A DNA stretch of 64,000 nucleotides from Candidatus Thorarchaeota archaeon (GCA_048884965.1 JBHLQH010000003.1:99304-163303); one strand, 5' to 3'; shown: positions 1-9,632, counted from the first letter of the stretch. The notes: generated by a model not told the origin, from the sequence alone. Numbers and translations are program-made.

Positions 1-378
1 AAGAATGCAGATGACCTTCTGACCTTCGAGGTTCACCTTTCCTCAGACAACGGCGCAAGCTTTCAGCTTCTGGGCTCTGACATCTCAAAAACATGGATTT
101 CATGGGACTTTTCTGAATTCCAAAACCTCTCTTCCTATGTGATTGAGATTCAGGCTTCTGATGGCATCTACCAATCTCTGGATAAATCTGATCATAACTT
201 CACAGCTGGAACCGTGAATCCTACCTCCACGATCACCTCGCCTACTACAACTACATCTGATACTATTCCACCTCCAGTATCCGAAGCAACCCAGACAGCA
301 CTGTTCATAGCTGCAGCTATCATCATGAGTGCTTTCCTGTCAGTCATTGTATACTATCAGGCGAAGAAACTGTCCTAG
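1..378 (+). CDS. 3' end of a cell-surface protein (Ig/FN3-like domain, Ser/Thr/Pro linker, C-terminal TM anchor); starts before the window
   Basis: Frame open from base 1 (KNADDLLTFEVHLSSDNGASFQLL...IQASDG), then TSTITSPTTTTS linker, hydrophobic helix and basic tail. Confidence 0.8.
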   Translation, partial: KNADDLLTFEVHLSSDNGASFQLLGSDISKTWISWDFSEFQNLSSYVIEIQASDGIYQSLDKSDHNFTAGTVNPTSTITSPTTTTSDTIPPPVSEATQTALFIAAAIIMSAFLSVIVYYQAKKLS

Positions 379-1268
379 AGAATCTTGTCCAAAATAGGCT
401 GAGTAGAAACAACGTGTTTACTAAGACCTAGATCATCTGGATCAAGACCCAGTGCAAGACCGATCAGTTGAGTGATGTAGATTACTGGGATATGGTACTT
501 GATTTCGCCAAGTTCCTTGTTCAACTGGGTCTGTGAAACTTCGAATTGCAAGTGACAGAATGAGCAAGCATCGAGGATACAATCAGCCTCGGCATCTTGT
601 ACATTATCGAACTTCTCTTTCGCAATATCGACTGACACGGTCGTGTTACTCGCTCGAACTCCTCCACCTGCACCACAACATGTGTATTTGTCCTTGTACT
701 TGACACTCTCTGCACCAGTTGCTTCAACTATCTCATCAAGGAAGGTGTGTTTCTGTTTTTGTTGCCAAGGTCTCAGTTTACTTGGTTTCAGAAGATGACA
801 TCCGTAATGTACTGCAACCCTGAGTCCCTTGAGTGGACGTTTTACTAGCTTCTTGATCTTTTCTGGCCCGATTTCATAGATGAGCTCAACGATATGCTTC
901 GCATCAACAGTTGCTTGATATTTGTATCCAACGTCCTTCAAGATCTTTTGGACGCCTTCAAGTTTCTCAGGATTCTGATGAACGATATGAAGAGCTTCTT
1001 TGAATGTTCCATAGCAACCATTGCACCCTGTCAATATGTCATTGCCTGCCTTCTCCGCAAGTGCAAGATTCCTACTTGCAAGGGCTAGCCAAGTTGGTTC
1101 ATCGAAGGAGCGAACAACTCCTGGTGCTGGACAACAACTAGCTCCTTCAAGCTCCTCAAGATTGATGCCAAGTTCTGGTAAAACAGTCCTAATGCTCTTC
1201 TCGATGTTTGGGAATCGATTTGGCATCACACAACCCAAAAAGAATGAATATGTCTGTGCTTCCGTCAT
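375..1268 (-). CDS. hdrB: Heterodisulfide reductase subunit B (CCG family), copy 1
   Basis: FLGC, SCCPAPG, GCNGC, HYGCH, CCGAGGG, CSFC motifs; downstream of hdrC. Confidence 0.95.
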   Translation of the reverse strand: MTEAQTYSFFLGCVMPNRFPNIEKSIRTVLPELGINLEELEGASCCPAPGVVRSFDEPTWLALASRNLALAEKAGNDILTGCNGCYGTFKEALHIVHQNPEKLEGVQKILKDVGYKYQATVDAKHIVELIYEIGPEKIKKLVKRPLKGLRVAVHYGCHLLKPSKLRPWQQKQKHTFLDEIVEATGAESVKYKDKYTCCGAGGGVRASNTTVSVDIAKEKFDNVQDAEADCILDACSFCHLQFEVSQTQLNKELGEIKYHIPVIYITQLIGLALGLDPDDLGLSKHVVSTQPILDKIL

Positions 1269-1273
1269 GGGTT

Positions 1274-1822
1274 TTAGCTCTCCACTTCTTCTTCTCCTTC
1301 AATGAGTTTCTTGAAACCCGTCTTCTTCATGATTTTCTGCACCTCTTTGAGGGCATCATCGTGAGAGTGGACCGTTGGAGGCACTTCATCAATCTCAAGA
1401 TCCTTTCGCATCTCTCTGTTGGCTTCATCTAGCGCAACAGCATGACCAGTTTCAAGTAGTATCTTTGCAGTCTTCTTATGCTGGGGAAGCATGTAGCCCT
1501 CCTCGACTGCCATATTCCTCATGATTATGATTGCGTCAGTGGTCTTAATTTGTCGAGGGCAACGCTCAAGACATGTTAGACAGGTCGCACACAGCCAAAG
1601 GTCTGGGCTTGACAGCACTTCATCCTTTAGTCCTAGGACCGCCTTCCTCATCAACTCTCTTGTTCGAAAGGCTGTACGTCGTCCACTGGGACAAACACTT
1701 GAACATGTTCCACATTGGATACAAGTTCGGATTCTATCAGCACCAGCTTCGACGAGTCTATCAACGAATTCTGGGTCGATTTTGTCAGTGTCAATATTAT
1801 CGCTTTTCATGCTGTCGTTCAT
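1274..1822 (-). CDS. hdrC: Heterodisulfide reductase subunit C, copy 1
   Basis: CIQCGTCSSVCP and LWLCATCLTCLERCP 2x[4Fe-4S] motifs; TGHAV motif. Confidence 0.95.
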   Translation of the reverse strand: MNDSMKSDNIDTDKIDPEFVDRLVEAGADRIRTCIQCGTCSSVCPSGRRTAFRTRELMRKAVLGLKDEVLSSPDLWLCATCLTCLERCPRQIKTTDAIIIMRNMAVEEGYMLPQHKKTAKILLETGHAVALDEANREMRKDLEIDEVPPTVHSHDDALKEVQKIMKKTGFKKLIEGEEEVES

Positions 1823-1925
1823 CTTTGAAGCCCCTGGCAGACATCTCTTGCACTCGTCGGCGAATTAACCCATGATATAAGAGTGGCGCTTTCGACAAAC
1901 AATGTGTAAAGTAAAGAGGTTTGTG

Positions 1926-2567
1926 TTAGTTCACTATCTGGGTCAAGGTTACATTGAATGCATAGTCCACTCCATGACTTCGGTAGTAGCTTATTCTCGT
2001 TGGAACTCCCTCTTCGAATGATATATCGCTCCTTAGACGTGTTGTGAGGTCGATATCCAGACTATCATATCCCAAATGAAACGATGTATCAGACGACGTT
2101 GTGTAGGTTGGTGGATAGGGGAACGATGTTGCAGTGTCTGGATAGAACCAATCAATGAGGTACCAGCCTCCGATTGGCAAGAAGCAATTTGAGATTATAC
2201 GTTCTGTGATGTCAGAAAGCTCTGTAGGTGTGTCTGTCCCGTTTTCAAAAACCACCTGCACCTTTTGATGAGTAATGACTTGCTTGAAATCGTTTCCGCT
2301 AAGATAAAGTCCTAGAACAGGTAGGTCAACTACTTCAGCGATTATACTCAATCCATCATATCTCATGAGATGTGAGGGGATTTGTTGGTGATATGATCCG
2401 GTATAATTGAGATCCCAACCATCCACCGCAATATGATACGAGAAAGAATCTCCGACATCTACACCCCACTCAAGATATGATGATGCAGCTATTGGGAATA
2501 GAACCAGTGCTGCTGAAACCACTATGATGCAAACAAACAGAATTCCTAGCACACTTTTCCTCTTCAA
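1926..2567 (-). CDS. Secreted/surface protein, WGVxxGD family (copy 1)
   Basis: N-terminal signal/TM; EWGVDVGD, VVDLP, NGT, PIGGW motifs shared with 9633 and 16847. Confidence 0.7.
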   Translation of the reverse strand: MKRKSVLGILFVCIIVVSAALVLFPIAASSYLEWGVDVGDSFSYHIAVDGWDLNYTGSYHQQIPSHLMRYDGLSIIAEVVDLPVLGLYLSGNDFKQVITHQKVQVVFENGTDTPTELSDITERIISNCFLPIGGWYLIDWFYPDTATSFPYPPTYTTSSDTSFHLGYDSLDIDLTTRLRSDISFEEGVPTRISYYRSHGVDYAFNVTLTQIVN

Positions 2568-2621
2568 GGAAACTCACCCAACTGGAATACCGCAAAGATG
2601 GATATGATTCTATTTCTTTAA

Positions 2622-3701
2622 TCATTCGTAGTTGTAGTCTTCCCTTGTGAGTAGTCCCTGATTACCGATTCTAACATTTTCCAACCCACAAGCTTTTGCT
2701 AGATGAAGAGCGGCATGCGCATGGTTCATACTTGTTCTAGGAAGATCTCTCATGTAATGTTTCGGAGCAAACCCGAGGAGGGCAGTCGGTATTGATGGGT
2801 CACACTCAGCTATGAATTCGCACAGGCGCTCGATCTCTTCAAGGTTAACATATTCTGGAATCAAGAGAATACTGGCAATAAGCAGCTCTTCCTCTCTCTG
2901 CTCTCCAATCTCTGCAAGTGTTCTGAAGTTGTCAATGACTATTGCGTTCTCTGTACCAGTCAACGCTCTATATAGCTTGGGAGTGATAGCCTTCAGATCG
3001 AACTTGATAGTACCTCTACTTCTCTTTACAGTATCAACAATATCTGGCAACCATTTAGATGATATTCTTCCATTTGTTTCATAACAGATAGGCATACTGT
3101 ATCCGTTGAGAAGAATCCTTGACACTTCAATGGAATGTTGTGGGTTACATGCCGGATCTCCTCCAAAATAGCACACACATGCAGTTGCATCGTCGACGAC
3201 TCTTGCGAGATCCTCTGGAGTCATCAATGGGGCTCCTGTTCGCATCATCTCTTGATAGCTTGCATTCTGACAAAAAAGACAATTCGAATTACACGAACCG
3301 TAGAATACGGCCAAGTTCTTGAAGCGCTTTCTCTCATTTCTCAATTCCTTCATCTTACTAATCGGACAGACCCAGTCTGCGACACAATTTGTTGGCAGTG
3401 GGTCATAGTACCAAGAGACAGGCGCTGCTTCTCTATACCTGTTCCCAATCACACTACTTGTAGCGACTCTGTTGTGACAGAAACCGATCTCTCCAACCTG
3501 TAATTTGCAATGGTTACCGCAATCTGGACATACTATCATACCTTCTGTAGGAATCCTAGGAACCAATCCTGCTTTCTTTCGAATACTAGCATGGGTATCA
3601 TCTATTTTGCCAGATATCTTGGAATCACCTACTATGCACACACTACAGACCTGCAAGATGTCAGATGCAACTCTATGTTCATGATTTGGACATTTCATCA
3701 T
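2622..3701 (-). CDS. Radical SAM protein (PflX/AmmeMemoRadiSam-like, PFL-activating-enzyme family)
   Basis: CNSNCLFCQN CxxxCxxC, FGGDP, YETNG, KFDLKA; extra N-terminal Cys cluster CPDCGNHC...GFC. Confidence 0.85.
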   Translation of the reverse strand: MMKCPNHEHRVASDILQVCSVCIVGDSKISGKIDDTHASIRKKAGLVPRIPTEGMIVCPDCGNHCKLQVGEIGFCHNRVATSSVIGNRYREAAPVSWYYDPLPTNCVADWVCPISKMKELRNERKRFKNLAVFYGSCNSNCLFCQNASYQEMMRTGAPLMTPEDLARVVDDATACVCYFGGDPACNPQHSIEVSRILLNGYSMPICYETNGRISSKWLPDIVDTVKRSRGTIKFDLKAITPKLYRALTGTENAIVIDNFRTLAEIGEQREEELLIASILLIPEYVNLEEIERLCEFIAECDPSIPTALLGFAPKHYMRDLPRTSMNHAHAALHLAKACGLENVRIGNQGLLTREDYNYE

Positions 3702-3816
3702 ACATGGTTATGATTCTCCAGTGATGAAGATTTTCCCACACTTAACGGAGTTAATTCTAGACGCTACCATGTGGTAATGGATTTAAGGCCGAAAACCTAG
3801 CGAGAGACACCAGTCG

Positions 3817-4380
3817 GTGGCTAAATTGACCAGTGCTGAAGAGAGAGTACCAATCGATATTGACGAGGTTGATAAGGACTTCGTAGCTATGATAAAGAAG
3901 ACCGGAGGTCCCAATATCCAAAGCTGCTATCAATGTGGGACCTGCAGTGGAAGTTGTCCTGCTGGCGCCCGTACGAACTACCTAGTTAGAGGCATTATCC
4001 GAAAGGCGCTTCTTGGTCTAAAGGAGCAGTGTATTTCCTCTCCAGAGCTCTGGTTCTGTACTACTTGCTACACCTGTACTGATCGCTGTCCTCAGGATGT
4101 CAGTCCGACTGAGGTCATAAAGGCAATTCGAAATATAGCTGTACAATCTGGGTATATGCTTGAACCACACCAGAAGGTGGCATTGAATGTACTGAAGACT
4201 GGTCACGCCGTACCTCTGGCTGGTGAAGCATGGGAGAAATTACGACAAAAAGTGGGCCTCGAACCCAAACCTCCGAATGCAAGCAGCCACCCAGATGCAA
4301 TCGAGGAGATAGTGAAGATTGCCAAGGCAAGTGGCTTTGATAAGCTAGTCGAGGAGAAAGAATCGGAGAAGAAGGAGTGA
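3817..4380 (+). CDS. hdrC: Heterodisulfide reductase subunit C, copy 2
   Basis: CYQCGTCSGSCP, LWFCTTCYTCTDRCP, TGHAVP. Confidence 0.95.
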   Translation: MAKLTSAEERVPIDIDEVDKDFVAMIKKTGGPNIQSCYQCGTCSGSCPAGARTNYLVRGIIRKALLGLKEQCISSPELWFCTTCYTCTDRCPQDVSPTEVIKAIRNIAVQSGYMLEPHQKVALNVLKTGHAVPLAGEAWEKLRQKVGLEPKPPNASSHPDAIEEIVKIAKASGFDKLVEEKESEKKE

Positions 4381-4385
4381 TTATC

Positions 4386-5327
4386 ATGGCAAAGGACAAG
4401 TTCATGCATTTCTTAGGGTGTATTATTCCCCATCGATACCCTAGCGTTGAGAAGGCCGCCAAACTGGTCTTCGCGGACTTGGGAATGGAGCTCCTTGATA
4501 TGGAGAAAGCTACTTGTTGTCCCGCACCAGGAGTGTTCGGCTCATTTGATCGAGTCACTTGGGCAACAATCTCTGCCAGAAATCTGACCATTGCTGAAGA
4601 GGCAGGACACAACATCACTACAGGATGCAACGGCTGTTTCGCAAGTCTTTGGGATGCTAATCATGAACTCAAGCACGATGATGAGCTCCGTGCTGCAGTC
4701 AATGAGAATCTAGCAGTCATTGATCGCGAGTTTAAAGGTACTATTGAAGTCACTCACTATGTTGATGCGCTATATTCCTATGCAGGCCTTGAGAAGATAC
4801 GCAAAATGGTCACAAGACCATTTGAGGGAGTAAGGATGGCACTACACCCTGGCTGTCACTGGATGCGTCCAAAGAACATCAAGAAGAAGGACGACTCGGA
4901 GCACCCTCATATCTTCAGGGAGCTCTGTGAAACATCAGGTGCCACCTACGTGCCTTACAAGGATGAGCTGATCTGCTGTGGTGCTGGTGGTGCAGTCAGG
5001 ACTGCTGATGTGAAGACCGCGCTTGATTTCACCAAGCAGAAGTTCGACAGTCTCTTGGAGGCTGGCGGAGCCGATATTATCGTTACACCTTGTCCATTCT
5101 GTGAGCTGCAGCTGGACTTGGGACAGGTTGAAATCCAGAAATTCTTTGAGGCAGAATATCGCTTCGATGTGATGCATGTAGTTGAACTTCTGGCTCTAGC
5201 CTTTGGCCACGACCCTGATGAGTTTGGACTGGCGACCCATCTGCAATATCAACAAAGAAAGAGCCAGCCAAATTGGGAAGTTCTTGGATTCAAAAACGAG
5301 GCTGAAGACATCGTTACTACAAAATGA
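4386..5327 (+). CDS. hdrB: Heterodisulfide reductase subunit B, copy 2
   Basis: FLGC, TCCPAPG, GCNGC, HPGCH, CCGAGG, CPFC; ATG at 4386 after ggagtga. Confidence 0.95.
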   Translation: MAKDKFMHFLGCIIPHRYPSVEKAAKLVFADLGMELLDMEKATCCPAPGVFGSFDRVTWATISARNLTIAEEAGHNITTGCNGCFASLWDANHELKHDDELRAAVNENLAVIDREFKGTIEVTHYVDALYSYAGLEKIRKMVTRPFEGVRMALHPGCHWMRPKNIKKKDDSEHPHIFRELCETSGATYVPYKDELICCGAGGAVRTADVKTALDFTKQKFDSLLEAGGADIIVTPCPFCELQLDLGQVEIQKFFEAEYRFDVMHVVELLALAFGHDPDEFGLATHLQYQQRKSQPNWEVLGFKNEAEDIVTTK

Positions 5328-5478
5328 AATAAACGGTGGGGTTGCTCTGGTGGTTGGAGAGAATCCCACTTCTTTAGCTGATATAATATAATAACCCTTA
5401 ATAGGAATGAGTCCTAGCTTGTCATTGTATCGCATGCCTTGCCATAGGGAGCTAGACATACCTCATGGAGGGCGACGA

Positions 5479-5757
5479 ATGCCACTACCTGATACCAGAT
5501 CATTGGATGACAGAACCAAATTGAAGTCCCGTGGAACGACCATCAAGACCTACAACTACACTCTGAAGGTCTATAACACATTGCTCGAAGAGCTTCGGTC
5601 ACAGCGCGGAGAGATCAATCTGAAACGTGAGCGAGGAGAGGTCTCGTTCAGGGAGTATTGGGATCTGCGAATGAGCATTGAGCACAAGATACAGGATGCC
5701 TTAGAGATGCGGGATGCTATCATGAAGGACATGATAGCTGGGCTGTCTGGAAGATAG
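5479..5757 (+). CDS. Small coiled-coil protein with a SHOCT-like helical hairpin
   Basis: ATG after ggaggg; helical pattern LKRERGEVSFREYWDLR. Confidence 0.6.
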   Translation: MPLPDTRSLDDRTKLKSRGTTIKTYNYTLKVYNTLLEELRSQRGEINLKRERGEVSFREYWDLRMSIEHKIQDALEMRDAIMKDMIAGLSGR

Positions 5758-5896
5758 GGAATCCCTATATTCCAGATGATCGGTCCCAACACATATGCTC
5801 TAGTAAGTCATAAATGAGTATGCTGCACTATCGTACTCCCCGAATACCTGATTGGCTTGCTTTGACAGAAGAGAATCACGCTGGAGCAGAGCGACC

Positions 5897-6952
5897 ATGC
5901 AACACACCCCACACAAATCCCTATCAGACACTCCCATAAAGGAACGTTCCTCGTGGTGCAGACAGGCACTGGACCTTCTCAGTGACCCCCTGCATGTGGT
6001 TGATAAAGACCTGAGGATCCTTGCCATGAACCAGACTTGCCATGAGTGGCTTGAAACGTTCGGTCTTGAAGACTCATTGATAGGACGAAGCATTCCGGAG
6101 GTCTTCCCGTTCCTTCCTGCGAAGGTCTGCGATGAATACCAGTACGTGTTCGAAACCGGTGAGATACTCGTCACCTCGGAACGGACTCTCATTGAGCCCA
6201 GAGAGGTCTATACTGAGACGAGGAAGCTACCCGTCGTACAGGATGGCGAGGTGATCAGAGTCGTCACGATTATCCACGACATCACTGACCAACGGCTGTT
6301 CCAGAGCATCCTAGAAGACTACGGTGAGCAGTTCTACCAGTATCGGGTGGACACAGACCAGCGGTTCCGTGCCATCTTCGACGCGTCCCCGGTGAGTATC
6401 TGTATCATCGACAGCGAGGGAACCCTTACTGATGCGAATCCTGCCTGTGCGAGGTTGTTCGGAATCAGGAACACCAACACGCTCATCGGTTTTGATATCT
6501 TCGAAGCTCCTTATGTGTCCGACTGGGTAAAGGAGAAGGTGCGGACCGGTGAGCAGGTGGACTTCGAGTGGGTGCTTGACATGGACCAGTTCAATGCGAG
6601 TGTGAAGTGTGGGTCATCCCGAACAGGGAATCTGCATATCGGAGTGATCGTGTCCCCCCTGCTTGATAACAAGTCCGTGAAGGGGTGGATCGTGCAGATG
6701 CAGGATATCACGCGCTGGCGATATGCCCAGATGGAGCTGCAGCAGGCGCAGGAGGTAGCGATGGGCTACATGGACATGATGACCCACGGTATCGCGAACC
6801 ACCTGCAATCGATGCTGCTGTGCACAGGCCTCCTTGCAGAGGTCGCACGTAAGGAGGGAAAGGGGAATATCTTGAACATCCTTGACTCGTCCATCGCAGA
6901 GTGCATCGACATCATCATGCAGGTTCGAAAGCTTTCAGAGGATGGAGAGTAG
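5897..6952 (+). CDS. PAS-PAS sensor ending in a HisKA-like helix pair, no HATPase domain
   Basis: Two PAS/PAC repeats (HVVDKDLRILAMN...DITD; IIDSEG..TDAN...QDIT); H-box-like MTHGIANHLQ; stops about 50 aa later. Confidence 0.8.
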   Translation: MQHTPHKSLSDTPIKERSSWCRQALDLLSDPLHVVDKDLRILAMNQTCHEWLETFGLEDSLIGRSIPEVFPFLPAKVCDEYQYVFETGEILVTSERTLIEPREVYTETRKLPVVQDGEVIRVVTIIHDITDQRLFQSILEDYGEQFYQYRVDTDQRFRAIFDASPVSICIIDSEGTLTDANPACARLFGIRNTNTLIGFDIFEAPYVSDWVKEKVRTGEQVDFEWVLDMDQFNASVKCGSSRTGNLHIGVIVSPLLDNKSVKGWIVQMQDITRWRYAQMELQQAQEVAMGYMDMMTHGIANHLQSMLLCTGLLAEVARKEGKGNILNILDSSIAECIDIIMQVRKLSEDGE

Positions 6953-7016
6953 GTCTCTTACGTTCAAGGATTCTTCGCATTGGTGACGCAAAACCCCAGC
7001 TCTCAAAAATAAGATA

Positions 7017-7036
7017 GCTGGGCTTGAACGCCCAGC
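7017..7036 (-). terminator. Hairpin plus T-rich tract downstream of the 7051 gene
   Basis: gctgggc-ttgaac-gcccagc; minus strand continues tatcttattttt. Confidence 0.5.
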
Positions 7037-7050
7037 GCAGTTGAGGTATC

Positions 7051-7458
7051 TTAGTAGATTATTATGGTGTTCGACAGCGTTCCGTAGACACCGCTTGTCG
7101 ATTCGTCAATGAACTTATCTCCTGACTGGAATGCGATTCCAGGATACGATATGACATGCGAAGCCCATGAACCCGTATTGCTCCAAAGTTCCGTTGTTCC
7201 ACGCAGGATGAACATATTCACGACTCCATTGCATGAGAGCCACCATTGTCCATCGTTCGGCTTCATCTGCATCGTGTGTTCCAGCTTGTACCAAGTGGTA
7301 CTGATCAGCCTGATCCTTCCATAGTTATCCTCTCGATACTTGTATCTGATCGTTGCTACTGAGTGCAGCCAGTAAGTGTAGCCATCAGGGTCCGTCTCAA
7401 CGTAGTAATCGTCTGCGGAATATGAATGGTACTCGTACCACTCATAGTAGGCAGTCAT
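7051..7458 (-). CDS. Hypothetical aromatic-rich all-beta protein
   Basis: 135-aa ORF, gagtga before ATG, last of three co-oriented genes; no signal peptide. Confidence 0.6.
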   Translation of the reverse strand: MTAYYEWYEYHSYSADDYYVETDPDGYTYWLHSVATIRYKYREDNYGRIRLISTTWYKLEHTMQMKPNDGQWWLSCNGVVNMFILRGTTELWSNTGSWASHVISYPGIAFQSGDKFIDESTSGVYGTLSNTIIIY

Positions 7459-7482
7459 ATTTCACTCTTGTTCGTTCCTTCT

Positions 7483-7872
7483 CTAGAGTCTTCTCAGTGC
7501 GATGCTCTCTGGAGTTATCTCGATGACACATTCTATCCTCCAGTGAGGCATACCTCTCACACCGACCCATGCATGCAGGTTGACGCCATACTTCTGAATA
7601 CCTACCTTTTCGAGGGTATCCTTGATGCCATCGAGGGTGGGTCGTATTGGAGCCATGATGAGTGGTTCCCACGCGAACTTCCGTGCATCAGGAAAGAGGG
7701 ACTCGGTCTCTAAAGTGGTATACTGTAGCACATCGATACCCGCATCATGAACGGCTCGTGCAAAGATGTCGCTATCGATTACCTCTAATCCTCCACGCAC
7801 GAAACCTTTCATATCCGAGGGGGGAACGAAGATGAGCCTGTCATTCTCAGACTCATCATTACTGGTGTTCAA
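7483..7872 (-). CDS. Hypothetical protein
   Basis: 129-aa ORF whose TTG start overlaps the upstream stop. Confidence 0.55.
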   Translation of the reverse strand: MNTSNDESENDRLIFVPPSDMKGFVRGGLEVIDSDIFARAVHDAGIDVLQYTTLETESLFPDARKFAWEPLIMAPIRPTLDGIKDTLEKVGIQKYGVNLHAWVGVRGMPHWRIECVIEITPESIALRRL

Positions 7873-8090
7873 GCCAATTCTCCTTCAGCCCAGAACTCAG
7901 CCTTGATCCCGAGGGACAGAAGTCCAGCGTTCAAGATCAGCTCTCCTGATACCTTGAAGCCCCACTTCTTCACTCCTGTGATGTCAAAGGCTTGTTTCAT
8001 GGCCCTGAGAAGCACATCGAGTGTGACATCCTTTGCCTTATCGTCCTTGGTGCCTAGTCGAAAATCTGATGGTTTGATATCCGTTGACAA
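7869..8090 (-). CDS. Small hypothetical protein with amphipathic beta-hairpin C-terminus
   Basis: ggagg RBS before TTG; 73 aa. Confidence 0.6.
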   Translation of the reverse strand: MSTDIKPSDFRLGTKDDKAKDVTLDVLLRAMKQAFDITGVKKWGFKVSGELILNAGLLSLGIKAEFWAEGELA

Positions 8091-8763
8091 TTATTCTTCC
8101 TCCTCGCCTAGAATCCCACAAAGAGGGGTGTATCTCTCTTTCACATAAATTGATTGGTCATACGTAGAGATACTTGTGAAATACCAAATAGAGGTCTATC
8201 CTAGTCGTTTTCGCTTTATGCGCATCTATTATTCATCTGATTCCCATCTAGTAGAATATACATGGATTTCTCCTTCTCCCGAAACTAACTTGCATACTCA
8301 CCCCATCCACTTCCTTGCTCTTGCGAGACTGTGGTCCTATGTGGGGATGATGCACAGACTGCACATGAGAAAGTGTAGAAAAGCTGCAAAATAGGTTTCA
8401 CTTCTCACCTGAAGAAACTGAAGGCTTAAATCAAGAAGAAGCTGGATGAGTACCAACAGGTCTTGCGGGGCGGTCATGCCATATGAGCGACAAGGGAGAA
8501 GAGACCTGTACAGAAGTTCTCGTTGATGCTGGACTTGATGATTTAGATGCAATCAGAGAAGAGATTGCTATCAGGATCTTCTTTCTCACTTACTTTCTGC
8601 GGGTGATCGCCTGATGTCATCGGGTCCAGTGAGGTCAGGGGCCATACCACGGCGGTCCCTCCTCGCTGAGCTCACCTGTATTCTATGCAATGAGGTGTCA
8701 TTCTTGTTGTTTTGGGAATCTGAAAAGACTATCTTCATAAACTATCTGACCCTAGTTGCATCA

Positions 8764-9246
8764 ATGAGAATCAAGAGAAATACACTGCTGAAAAAGATGA
8801 AACACTTACGGAAGCGGTGGGATTCAACGATTGGATCCATTATTGAAAAAGGCCTAGAATCTGAACCCATTTCACAAAAATGGTATCTGAAAGATGTAAT
8901 CGCGCACATAACCTGGTATGATAGAGAATTGCTCAATGCTTTGGAAGCGAAATCTATCGTTGATAGCAGTTTCTGGAACATGGATGTCGAAGCACGCAAT
9001 GAAATGATTTTCAAGAACACTCAAGATCGGACGATTGAGGAACTTCTTCAGGAATCTAAGGAAATCTTCGAAGGTTTATTAAAAGCAATCGAATTGATCG
9101 GTGAAGATGATCTAAATTCAGAGGTTTATATCAAGAGGAAGGAAGGAACAAGAGTTACACATGATTTCATCGGTGGCATTACTTTCTGGCATTATGAAGA
9201 ACATGAAGATATTCTTGTTGACCTTTTTGACTTGGATTACATGTGA
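8764..9246 (+). CDS. DinB/ClbS-DfsB-like four-helix bundle protein
   Basis: WYLKDVIAHITWY and HYEEH motifs; ATG at 8764. Confidence 0.8.
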   Translation: MRIKRNTLLKKMKHLRKRWDSTIGSIIEKGLESEPISQKWYLKDVIAHITWYDRELLNALEAKSIVDSSFWNMDVEARNEMIFKNTQDRTIEELLQESKEIFEGLLKAIELIGEDDLNSEVYIKRKEGTRVTHDFIGGITFWHYEEHEDILVDLFDLDYM

Positions 9247-9457
9247 TGAAAAAAGAATCAATATCAAATCAAAACACAAGAAACTAGACGGATTCTCTAT
9301 CATTTGACTTCTTTCGACTCATCATTGAAGTACGAGAACGGAAGAGTATACCCAGGTCGTGGTCTATCGTATACCAACCTATGCGTGAACTATCTTCTGC
9401 ATACGGAAGATAGCCGCCTACGCACCTGCTCATGGAAAAGCATACCTTTTCCTTCAC

Positions 9458-9535
9458 CAAAGAAAGAGTAAACCCGCTTGGGAAGTTCTTGGTATTGAAA
9501 GGACGAAAACGGAAGATGTAGCAGCACCAGAATGA
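9458..9535 (+). pseudogene. hdrB: Orphan 3'-terminal fragment of an hdrB allele
   Basis: Translates QRKSKPAWEVLGIERTKTEDVAAPE*, versus hdrB copy 2 end QRKSQPNWEVLGFKNEAEDIVTTK*; in-frame TGA at 9386 upstream and no start codon. Confidence 0.8.
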
Positions 9536-9632
9536 TGTTTTCACCTCCAAACTTGGTCATAAAATAGCCGTATCATCTCAGATGATGCACTTTATTTGAC
9601 CAAAGTCATATAGAAGCATAGTGTGGTAGGAT

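Larger units (their letters stand above)
5253..9492. repeat. Imperfect direct repeat (5253-5287 and 9458-9492) flanking a 4.2-kb segment
   Basis: caaagaaagag-N9-ttgggaagttcttgg at both sites, 29/35 identical, constant offset 4205 bp. Confidence 0.8.

Noticed and set aside
9284-9550. 88-aa minus-strand ORF
   Set aside because: It is antisense to the hdrB remnant, which explains the region better.
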